DNA of 64,000 nucleotides from an uncultured Gemmatimonadales bacterium (GTDB lineage Bacteria; Gemmatimonadota; Gemmatimonadetes; Palauibacterales; Palauibacteraceae): NCBI GenBank assembly GCA_963807645.1, contig CAWECO010000009.1, positions 131 to 64,130 of the forward strand, read 5' to 3'. Shown piece by piece: positions 55,120 to 64,000 of this stretch (position 1 is its first letter; each line of letters starts with the position of its first letter). The notes under the pieces were generated by a model. It saw only the letters and a program-made list of their open reading frames with translations, ran no database searches and was not told where the DNA came from. The position numbers and the translations under genes were made by a program.

Positions 55120-56374
55120 ATGCGTAGCACATGGATCTGGATTCCGGCACTGATGTTCGCCGCCGCCTGCGGCGGTGAGGCAGGCGGAGCGGCCGACTGG
55201 GCCGGAACGGTGGAGGACAGCGCGGGCGTGCAGCTGGTGAAGAACTCCGTCACTCCTCTATGGGGCGAGGGCGACGCCTGGGTCCTCGAGGACGTGATGA
55301 CGATCGGCGAGGCCGCGGGCGACCCGGACTACCAGTTCGGCCAGATCGCCGGCATCGTGGTTACGACCGACGGTCGAATCGTCCTCGTGGATCAGCAGGC
55401 CCAGCACCTCAAGGTGTTCGACGCGGCCGGAGTCTACGAGCGGACGATCGGCCAGGCGGGCAGCGGGCCCGGGGAGTTCGGCCCCGGGGTCGGTCCCGTT
55501 CTCATCGGGCGAGGCGACACCTTGATCGTGCCCGATCTCGGAAACCAGCGCGTCAACATCCTCAAGTCCGACGGATCCGAGCCGGCCGATTTTCGCATGA
55601 GCTTCGAGCAGGGCATTCCGGCCCGCTGGGACATGACGGAGACCGGCGACCTGGTCTACCAGCTGCGGGCGCTGAATCTCCCGAATACCGAACAGCGCGA
55701 GACTCTCGATCTCATCGCCACCGTATCCTACACGGGCGAGATCATGGACACGCTGCTGACTCCCGCGCGTGGCGAATCGTTCACGTTTGGCGACGACGGC
55801 CAGCCGATCCGAATGATCTTCGCGCCGGAGCCGGTGTGGTCCATGGTTGGGGCCGACGGACTCTGCTTCGCGGTAAACGACGTCTTCCGGCTCAGCATGT
55901 ACGATGCCCTCGGCGACTCTGAACCGGATCGTGAGCGTACCGGTCGAGAGAAAGCCGGTCACGGACGCCGACATCCAGTTCTTCATGGAGACGGTGGACC
56001 GGCTGCTGGAAGAGCAGGGCGTGCCGCCGGAGCAGGCGGAGATCGTGAAGTCCACGTTCAATTTCGCCGACTTCTTCCCGGCGTTCCTCCAGATGATGCC
56101 AGGCCCTGACGGAAGCCTGTGGGTGCAGCGCGTGCAGGAGCCGACCGGCATGACGGCGGAGGAACGGGAATCGTGGAACCCTCTGCTCGACCTTGGCGCG
56201 TCGAAGTGGGACATCCTGGATGCGGAGGGCCGCTATCTTGGCGCCCTCGACGTGCCGCATCGATTCCAGCCGGTCACGTTCGAGGGCGACCTGGTGTACG
56301 GAATCTGGCGTGACGAGTTCGACGTACAGTACGTGCGGGTCATGAGAGTCGTGGGCCTGGAGGCGACCGCCTAG
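55120..56374 (+). CDS. 6-bladed beta-propeller lipoprotein, frameshift near 55915
   Basis: Lipobox AAAC; DSAGVQLVKN, GSGPGEF, WDILDAEGRYLG. Confidence 0.85.
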
Positions 56375-56414
56375 GACGCCGCACCGGCCATTCAAGTCAT
56401 CAGATGAGGACGCA

Positions 56415-57656
56415 ATGAATAAGACATTTGCGTGGTTGGGGGCTGTGCTCTTCGCGGCGGCTTGCGGAGGCGGAGCCGACGGTGGAAGCGCGTGGTCCGG
56501 CACCGTGGAGGACAGCGCCGGCGTGCAGCTCGTGCGTAACTCGCTTCAGCCGATATGGGGCGAGGCCGAGGCCTGGGGCTTCGAGGAAGTCCTGACGATC
56601 GGTGAGGCTGCGGGCGATCCGGACTACCAGTTTGGACAGATCGCGGGACTGGATGTCACCTCAGACGGCCGCATCCTCGTGTTGGACAACCAGGCGCAGC
56701 ACGTCAAGGTGTATTCCGCCGACGGCACGTTCGAGAGCACGATCGGCAAGGCGGGGTCCGGGCCTGGCGAGTTCGGGCCGGGTGCGGCGATGCTGATGGT
56801 CGGCGCCGCTGACACCGTGATCGTCCCCGACGCCGGCAACCAGCGCGTGAACGTGATCCTCGTGGGCGAGGGCGAGCACACCAGCTTCCCGCTGCGTTTC
56901 GAGGAAGGCATTCCGATGCGGTGGCAGATGTCGCCGTCCGGGGTCCTGGTGGCGCATCGCAGGGCATTGAATCTGCCGAACCAGGAAGCCGTGGACGTAG
57001 ACATCATCGTCCGGCAGACGTACGACGGCACGGTCGTCGACACGCTGCTCACGCCTCCACGCGGGGAGACCTTCTCGTTCGGCGGCGGTCTGCCCGAGTT
57101 CCACTTCTTCGCGCCCGAACCCACGTGGACGCTGCTGAACGACGGCACCTTCGTGCACGCGGTGAGCGACGAGTACCGAATCAGCGTGGCGGGGCCGGAC
57201 GGAGCGGTGGTGCGGGTGATCACCATGCCCAGTGAGCCGGTGCCCGTGGCCGAGGAGGACAAGGAGATCATCACGGGCTTCATCATGCGCCTGATGGGCG
57301 AGCAGGGGGTGCCGCCCCAGGCGCTCGACGCCATCGAGCAGGGCATCAGCTACGAGGAGTTCTTCCCGGCGTTCACGCAGATGCGAAATGGTCCCGAGGG
57401 AAGCCTGTGGGTGCAGCGGATCGGCATCCCGAGCGACATGAGTCCGGACGAGCGGGAGAACTGGAATCCGATGCTCGACCAGGGATCGGACGAGTGGGAC
57501 GTGTTCGATGCCGAAGGACGGTACCTCGGTTTCATCACCATGCCGGATCGCTTCAGCCCGTTCGCGCTGAAGGGCGACCGGTTCTACGGGGTATGGCGGG
57601 ACGAGTTCGAGGTCCAGTACGTGAAGGTGCTGCGGGTCACGGGCCTGGGCGCTTAG
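56415..57656 (+). CDS. 6-bladed beta-propeller lipoprotein (tandem paralog)
   Basis: Same motifs, colinear with the preceding gene. Confidence 0.9.
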   Translation: MNKTFAWLGAVLFAAACGGGADGGSAWSGTVEDSAGVQLVRNSLQPIWGEAEAWGFEEVLTIGEAAGDPDYQFGQIAGLDVTSDGRILVLDNQAQHVKVYSADGTFESTIGKAGSGPGEFGPGAAMLMVGAADTVIVPDAGNQRVNVILVGEGEHTSFPLRFEEGIPMRWQMSPSGVLVAHRRALNLPNQEAVDVDIIVRQTYDGTVVDTLLTPPRGETFSFGGGLPEFHFFAPEPTWTLLNDGTFVHAVSDEYRISVAGPDGAVVRVITMPSEPVPVAEEDKEIITGFIMRLMGEQGVPPQALDAIEQGISYEEFFPAFTQMRNGPEGSLWVQRIGIPSDMSPDERENWNPMLDQGSDEWDVFDAEGRYLGFITMPDRFSPFALKGDRFYGVWRDEFEVQYVKVLRVTGLGA

Positions 57657-57732
57657 AAGCGCCATCGGACGTTTCAGCGGAAACGTCTCTGTCTGACGCC
57701 CCTCACCGACCCGGTAGAGGGGCGTTGGCGTC

Positions 57733-58494
57733 TCAAGTCTCCTGCCGTACGCGTCCGACCACCTCCGCCGCATACTCGATCCCGGCCGGCGTGCGCGAGC
57801 CGTGCCAGCTCAACATTTCGCCGTCCACGATGTGGAAGATCTCCGGGGCCAGGCCCGTCTGGCGGCTTACCTCGGCGATGTGCTTCTCCTGGAATGGAAA
57901 CGGCTCGGTGGAGAGAAGCACGGCGTGCAGGCCGGCGGCGGCCAGATCACGAGCCTCCACTACCGGGTAGCGCTTGGGTCGGTCGGCGAACGCGTTCTGT
58001 CCTCCGGCCAGGCGGAGCAGGTCGCTGATGAAGGTGTCGGCGCTCACGCTCATCAGCGGCTCCCGCCAGATCAGGTAGGCGTAGCGGACATTCGGCTTGC
58101 CCTCCGACTCCTCCCGGGCCCGCCGGGCGGCGTCTTCGATCGCGCGCGCGATCTCTTCCGCCTCGGCGGGACGTCGCACGGCCTCGCCGATCGAACGCAC
58201 CATCTCCGCCGTCTCGATCGCCGTCTTCGGGAAGCTGACGTGACATGCAAGCCCGGCGGTCTCCAGAGCCCCGGCATCCTCGACCCGATTTTCCTCCTCG
58301 TTCAGGAGGACGAGGTCCGGCTTCAACTCTGCGATTCGCTCGATCTTCGGCGTCTTCGTGCCGCCGACCTTCTCGATTCCACGCACGCCGTCGGCCGGGT
58401 GGACGCAGAACTTCGTCACTCCGACCAGGGAGTCGCCGAGGCCGAGGTCGAACACGAGTTCCGTGAGGCTGGGACACAGGGACACGATCCGCAT
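57733..58494 (-). CDS. Helical-backbone metal/cobalamin-binding protein (BtuF-like)
   Basis: RIVSLCPSLTE, VGVTKFCVHP, GGTK, NEEEN, VDGEMLSWHG. Confidence 0.85.
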   Translation of the reverse strand: MRIVSLCPSLTELVFDLGLGDSLVGVTKFCVHPADGVRGIEKVGGTKTPKIERIAELKPDLVLLNEEENRVEDAGALETAGLACHVSFPKTAIETAEMVRSIGEAVRRPAEAEEIARAIEDAARRAREESEGKPNVRYAYLIWREPLMSVSADTFISDLLRLAGGQNAFADRPKRYPVVEARDLAAAGLHAVLLSTEPFPFQEKHIAEVSRQTGLAPEIFHIVDGEMLSWHGSRTPAGIEYAAEVVGRVRQET

Positions 58495-58604
58495 GCCCCT
58501 ACCCTACCTGACCGATGCGGAACGGGCCAGCGCCCGCGAGGCGCCGGCCCGCTGTGCACTGGCCGAGTGTTCTCGATCCGCCGGCAGGCGCCGGCGGCGG
58601 CAGG

Positions 58605-59732
58605 TCAGTGCGAGCCTGCTCCGAGTCCGACCCACGGATCGGGCTGCGGCGTGTCCGCCGTGTGAACGGGAAGCACGGGGTAGTCTACGTTCGGCTGGTC
58701 GCCCGTGAGGGAAATCAGGAAGCTGGTGACCTTCCCGACCTCCTCTACGGTGAAATCCTTCCCGAGCTGGGCCTCGCCCATTACGGCAACGGACTCGCCC
58801 AATTCCCACACCTTGCCGGTGTGGAAATAGGGGGCAGTGAGCTCCACGTTGCGGAGCACCGGCACCTTGAACGCGAACTCGTCGTTCGGATTACCGGTCA
58901 CGTTGAACCGGCCCCGGTCCTCGGGAGGCAGGAGCTCCGCGCCCGGGTTCCGTACCGTCGCCGAACCGCTGGTAGCTGGATCCGCCGAGCAGGATGCCCC
59001 CGTGACAGGCGGTGCACCCCGAATCCATGAACAGGGCCAGTCCCGCTTTCTCGTCGTCCGTCGAGTGCGGCCTCGTCGCCACCCAGGTACTTGTCGAAGG
59101 GCGAGTTCGGCGTGATGAGCGTTGCCTCGAAGGCCTCGATGGCGCGCGCCATGTTCTCGAACGTCACCGGATCCGCCTCTCCCGGAAACGTCTCTTCGAA
59201 CATCGCCACATAATCAGGAATCGATTTCAGGGTTTCGACGGTCCGCTCGGGCGTGCTGCTCATCTCCACGGCCGCCTGCACGGGACCCTGCGCCTGCTCC
59301 ATCAGGTCGGCGGCTCGACCGTCCCAGAACTGGGCCAGGTTGTATACGGAGTTGAGCACCGTGGGTGCGTTACGCGGACCCGCCTGCCAACCGTGGCCGA
59401 TCGAGGTCTCCATCAGGTCCACGCCACCGAGGCCCAGGTTGTGGCACGTGTTGCAGCTGATCAGCCAGCTCTGCGAGAGGCGTGGCTCGAAATACAGTTT
59501 CTTGCCGAGCTCGACCTTCACAGCCGTGATCGGGTTGCCCTCGAGCTCGGGCGGCGTGTCGGGAACCACTTCGAACAGGACCTGCGCGCGCTGCATGAGC
59601 GGGCTCGCGGCCTCCGCCCGGGCAACGGTCTCGGCTCTCGGAAGAGGCGTCGGCCGCCGTGTCACCGGCCGGCGCGCACGCCCATCCGAGGGCCGCCGCG
59701 GGAACGAGAATGGCCAGGTATCTCGGTATCAC
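58605..59732 (-). CDS. Di-heme cytochrome c peroxidase lipoprotein, frameshifted
   Basis: LGKKLYFEPRLS, SCNTCH, RNAPTV, QFWDGRA, GCTACH, FKVPVLRNVELTAPYFH. Confidence 0.9.
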
Positions 59733-60031
59733 GGTCTCCCCCTGTTTCGCGTCCGTTTCTTGCTTCGACAACTTCCGTTGGGCGACTGATGCGCTACAGC
59801 ATCCGTGCCACGTTCGTCCGCCGCTGGATTGGCGCCGCGGGCGCCTCCACAACAGCTTAGCCGGACGCGAGTTGGCGGGCATTGGAACTCTCGTACTCTC
59901 GATCGTCCGCGTCGCCGGTCCGGAAACGGCGGGCGTTTTCGGTCGGCTTGCGTCACATCGTCCCGCGGGGATCGAAGACCGGCAGGAGGCTGCGTGTACA
60001 TTAAGCAGACGCCAAACACGAGGACTGGCCA

Positions 60032-61249
60032 ATGCTGATGTACTCGACGTGCATATTCTGCAACCAATCGCTCGGCACCAACGAGGCGATCGAGATCTTC
60101 CCGGTCGGAAGGCGCATCTCGTTCGACGCCGCCATGGGGCGGCTGTGGGTCATCTGCCGCAAGTGCGAGCGCTGGAACCTCTCGCCCCTCGAGATCCGCT
60201 GGGAAGTCATCGAGGAGTGCGAACGACTGTTCCGTGACACCCGGCTCCGGGTCACGACCGACAACATCGGGATGGCCAAGCTGCCGGAGGGACTGGAGCT
60301 CGTTCGACTCGGCAAACCGATGCGTGATGAATTCGCTGCGTGGCGCTACGGCGACCAGTTCGGTCGCCGGCGCCGGCGCTCGATCGCCTACACTGCCGCC
60401 GGCGCGAGTGCAGTCGGACTCGTCATAGTCGGCGGAGCCGTGATTGGGGTGGCCGTGAGGAGGCGCCTGGTACGGCTATTCGCAGGTCATCCAGGGGGTC
60501 ATGAACGAGCGCATCGCCTCACGGCTCCGCCACCCGGATTCCGACGAGAAGATCAAGGTCCAGCTCAAGCACCTGGAAAAATCGCGCTTCGTACCGACCG
60601 GCGAGCCGGGCGAGTGGGAGCTGCACGTCCAGTACGCGCGTGGATGGAGCAGCGGCTTCAGCACGGGCAAAGGTGAGACGCTGGTGTACCAGGGCGACGA
60701 AGCGATGGAAGTCGCTGGCAAGCTCATGGCGCGCGCGAATCGGGCGGGTGGCAACAAGAAGACCATCGACATGGCGGTGAAGCGCATCGAAAGCGTCGGC
60801 GACCCCGAGTCGTTCCTGGACGAGGCCGTGCTCGGAGTCAGAACGCTTGCGGCGCGAGAAGGCGGCCGACAACCCGAAGAAGCTGGCCAAGACCACCGAG
60901 GGGTCGCTGGCCAAGCTGCCCGAAGGACATCCGGTTGGCGATCGAGATGGCGACGCACGAGGAGTCCGAGCGCCGGGCGATGGAAGGCGAGCTGGAGATC
61001 CTGGAGACGGCCTGGCGCCAAGCCGAAGAGATCGCCGGAATAGCGGACAGCCTCCTGTTGCCGGCCGAGGTGGATGAGTTCGTGAAGTCCGAGAGGGAGC
61101 ACGTAGACTCCGAACCGAAGATCATCGTCCCGGCGGGTGCCGGCGTGTCGGCGCCCGGTGAGACGGGCAAGAAGTCCGAGGCGGATGCCGGTGAAGATAA
61201 GGCGGCCGTGACGGCGCAACCGGAAGAGCCCGGGGACCACAGCCGTTGA
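60032..61249 (+). CDS. Conserved hypothetical protein with N-terminal zinc ribbon, frameshifted
   Basis: CIFC..GRLWVICRKCERWNLSP..FAAWRYG; C-terminal EMATHEESERRAMEGEL..AWRQAEEIAGIAD. Confidence 0.7.
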
Positions 61250-61731
61250 GCGGGCCGACCATCCGCCGCATTCGTCCCGAGGACGACCCGGTCGTGGAAC
61301 GCGTCCTCATCGAAGTGTTGACCGAGTTCGGGGCCACGGGAGAGGGCTTCTCAGACCAGGACGAGGAGCTCCGGGCCATGTCGGCGGCCTACGGCGCCCC
61401 GGACGCCGCCTATTTCGTCGCCGAACTCGACGGCGGGATCGTCGGGGGCGCTGGAATCGGACCCCTGCCCGGAGCCGAGCCGAATACCTGTGAACTCAGG
61501 AAGATGTATCTTCTTCCGGTTGCGCGCGGGCACGGATTCGGTCGCCGTCTGCTCGAGACCTGCCTCGATGAAGCCCGTCGGCTGGGCTACCGAGAGTGCT
61601 ACCTGGAGACACTGGCGCAGATGGATCGGGCGCGAGACCTTTACGTGCGATTCGGCTTCCACCCCCTGGAGGCACCCATGGGCGACACCGGACATTTCGG
61701 CTGCAACCGGTGGTACGCGCTGAGCCTGTGA
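61246..61731 (+). CDS. GNAT acetyltransferase
   Basis: CELRKMYLLPVARGHGFG, YLET..ARDLY..FGF. Confidence 0.9.
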   Translation: MSGPTIRRIRPEDDPVVERVLIEVLTEFGATGEGFSDQDEELRAMSAAYGAPDAAYFVAELDGGIVGGAGIGPLPGAEPNTCELRKMYLLPVARGHGFGRRLLETCLDEARRLGYRECYLETLAQMDRARDLYVRFGFHPLEAPMGDTGHFGCNRWYALSL

Positions 61732-62786
61732 AGAAACGGCAAGGCGAAGGCGACCTCGGAACGACGGCTGCACTTCTCGAGCTGGGCTTCGAGCCCGCCC
61801 GCCCCGTGCCCGAACATCTCGAAGACACCCTCCTCGCCTCCGGCGACCACAAACTGGTGACGAACCGGCGGGCCATGAGTACTCGCGTTTCCATCGCGGC
61901 GATTCACCCCTCGCGGCACCTGCTCGAGGACGCCACGGGCCAGGCTTATGAAGAGATGGACCGCCTGATCGGGCTCCTCAACCGCTTCGACTCCGCTTCG
62001 GCCGTTGCCGTGCTCAACTCGGAGGGCAGGCTCACCGGCGCACCGGCGGAGCTCGTGGCCCTTCTCGGTCGATCGGCGGCGGTCTTCGAGGCCTCCGGCG
62101 GCGCTTTCGACGTGACCGTCCAACCACTCGTGGATCTCCTGCACCAGTCGGACGCCCTGGCCGATGGCGAGCCGGCGGACCCCGTCGCGTGGCGCGAGGC
62201 CCTCGAACGTGTCGGGGCCGACGCGGTGAAGATCTCGGGCGGAAGCATCTCGCTGGAACGCGACGGGATGGGCGTGACGCTCGACGGTATCGCCAAGGGC
62301 TACATCGTGGACGCCATGGCGGCCCGGCTGGAAGCGCACGGCATCGAGCGATTCCTGATCGATGCGGGAGGCGACATTCGGGCCTCCGGGCTGCGCGAGG
62401 ACGGCGAGGGATGGATGATCGCGGTCCGCGACCCTCGGCACGGGGGAGTGCTCCCCGCGACCCTCCGACTCACGGCAGGCGCCGTCGCCACATCGGGTGG
62501 TTACGAGGCCCGCTTCGATCCGGACGGCTCCTGGCATCACATCGTGAGTTCCCGCACGGGGCGCTCTCCGACGGACGTGCTCAGTGCCACGGTATCCGGA
62601 CCCAACGTCTACGCTTCCGACGCGCTGGCCACGGCCGCGCTTCTGATGTCCCCGAGGAAGGGAGCGCGGTTCATTGACTCCCTCCCCGGATTCGAGTGCA
62701 TGGTGATCGATGCCGGTGGACGCGCCGCGTTCTCGGCCGGCTGGAGTGGATTGACCGTCACTTCCCAAGAGGAAGGTGTGAGATGA
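61728..62786 (+). CDS. apbE: FAD:protein FMN transferase
   Basis: GAFDVTV, LDGIAKGY, DAGGDI, AVATSGGYE, HHIV, DALAT. Confidence 0.9.
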   Translation: MKKRQGEGDLGTTAALLELGFEPARPVPEHLEDTLLASGDHKLVTNRRAMSTRVSIAAIHPSRHLLEDATGQAYEEMDRLIGLLNRFDSASAVAVLNSEGRLTGAPAELVALLGRSAAVFEASGGAFDVTVQPLVDLLHQSDALADGEPADPVAWREALERVGADAVKISGGSISLERDGMGVTLDGIAKGYIVDAMAARLEAHGIERFLIDAGGDIRASGLREDGEGWMIAVRDPRHGGVLPATLRLTAGAVATSGGYEARFDPDGSWHHIVSSRTGRSPTDVLSATVSGPNVYASDALATAALLMSPRKGARFIDSLPGFECMVIDAGGRAAFSAGWSGLTVTSQEEGVR

Positions 62787-63286
62787 GATCGGATTACTCG
62801 GGCGCCCAGTTGACCGCCCTGGTGGCCCTTCGTTTCGCCATCGGGTGGCATTTCTTCTACGAGGGCGTCTCCAAGGCCGTCAACGCGTACTGGACGTCGG
62901 CCGGCTACCTGGATCAGTCGCAGGGATTCCTGTCGGAGTGGTTCGTGGACCTGGCGTCGAACCCGGGTACGCTGGCGGCGGTGGACTTTCTCAACGTCTG
63001 GGGACTCATCCTGGTCGGCCTCGGCCTGATGCTGGGCGGTCTCACGCGCACGGCCTCCTTCTTCGGGATCGTCATGCTGGCCCTGTATTACCTCGCAACA
63101 CCGCCGTGGCCCGGATTCGTCTATTCGATCCCGGCTGAGGGGGCGTACCTGATCATCAACAAGACGTTCATAGAACTGTGTGCGTTGTTCGTGACCCTGT
63201 TCTTCCCGACGGGGCACATCGTGGGCCTGGATCGCCTGGTCAAGCTCGCTCGCACCCGCGGCGCGGTCCAGAAGGCCCACGCTTGA
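62783..63286 (+). CDS. DoxX family membrane protein
   Basis: LRFAIGWHFFYEGVSK, EGAYLIINK. Confidence 0.85.
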   Translation: MRSDYSGAQLTALVALRFAIGWHFFYEGVSKAVNAYWTSAGYLDQSQGFLSEWFVDLASNPGTLAAVDFLNVWGLILVGLGLMLGGLTRTASFFGIVMLALYYLATPPWPGFVYSIPAEGAYLIINKTFIELCALFVTLFFPTGHIVGLDRLVKLARTRGAVQKAHA

Positions 63287-63317
63287 CGCCCACTCGGAAT
63301 CGCACGGAGGACGAACG

Positions 63318-64000
63318 ATGAGTGACGAGATTCGAAACGGCGACGACGAGGTCTTCGACGACGCCAACGGACTGGAAGAGCAACAGCCGGCAGACGATCC
63401 GATCGAGGAACCGTCCGCCGATCGTACCGAACGGCGTGCCGCCGAGCCACCCCCGCCGCCCCCTCCCGACAAACCAGCGCCGGCCGGCGGCATTGGCCGC
63501 CGCGATGTCATCAAGGCGCTCGCCACGGTGCCGGTCTTCGGAGCGCTCGGCTACTCCGCCCTGCGGCGGAAAGGCCTCGCCAAGGACGAGCGGGAGCGCC
63601 TGCTGGCCGAACTGGGGATCGAGGACGAGGGCGCGGCCGTATTCTCGGAGCTCGAGAGACGCACGCACCCGGACACGATCAGGATCGGCATCGTCGGGTA
63701 CGGCGGCGAGGGCTCGTCTCTCGTACGCAGCCTCGGATTCGCCCACCCGGACTGGATCCAGGCGCGCCGCGAGGCCAAGATCGAGAATCCGCGGGACACC
63801 TGGCTCGACGAGTGGCTGGACCAGGAGAACCTGAACCTCGAGCTCACGGCGGTGTGCGACGTCTTCGACGTACGGGCCGAGGCGGCGATCGCTGCCTCCA
63901 CACAGCCGATTCGACCGGGCGGCGACACGCGGCAGCTCAAGCCGGCCAAGCGTTACCGTCACTACGAGGAATTGTGCAACGCCCCGGACGTGGACGCCGT
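63318..64000 (+). CDS. Gfo/Idh/MocA oxidoreductase (runs off window end)
   Basis: GGAGG RBS, ATG 63318; RRDVIKALA, IRIGIVGYGG, AVCDVFD, YEELCNAPDVDA. Confidence 0.85.
   Translation, partial: MSDEIRNGDDEVFDDANGLEEQQPADDPIEEPSADRTERRAAEPPPPPPPDKPAPAGGIGRRDVIKALATVPVFGALGYSALRRKGLAKDERERLLAELGIEDEGAAVFSELERRTHPDTIRIGIVGYGGEGSSLVRSLGFAHPDWIQARREAKIENPRDTWLDEWLDQENLNLELTAVCDVFDVRAEAAIAASTQPIRPGGDTRQLKPAKRYRHYEELCNAPDVDA

Overview
High-GC bacterial window. It is Gemmatimonadota-like by gene content (PadR/ADOP permease, Ser/Thr kinase-TPR and BTAD-AAA proteins, 6-bladed propeller lipoproteins); this is an inference, not a classification. Many genes carry isolated 1-2 bp frameshifts, most likely long-read indel errors, so I rejoined split ORFs by eye and their coordinates are approximate. 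The left ~17 kb is an integration hotspot. It has five same-strand 3' fragments of a tRNA-Ala(TGC) gene (4947, 6757, 6814, 13142, 16843), with no intact tRNA and no integrase in the window, and each fragment bounds a different cargo block. Two of the fragments carry all or part of a 44-nt insertion in the T-loop that folds on the bottom strand into GNA-triloop/tandem-GA ssDNA hairpins. The first island (1-4990, visibly lower GC) carries three things: (i) a redoxin, an unannotated secreted 6-Cys peptide resembling the potato carboxypeptidase inhibitor knottin, and a beta-propeller lipoprotein; (ii) a CBASS pair (CapV-like patatin and CD-NTase, the latter C-terminally broken); (iii) attR-like arm repeats. 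The remainder is mostly core or accessory metabolism: an orphan nuoB, yajQ, an M14 peptidase, a 9-heme cytochrome with sigma54 and Rex-like sites, a possible hydroxylysine/proline-peptide catabolic cluster, pdxH, a cytochrome c peroxidase, and ApbE-DoxX-Gfo/Idh/MocA. No CRISPR array or rRNA was seen.
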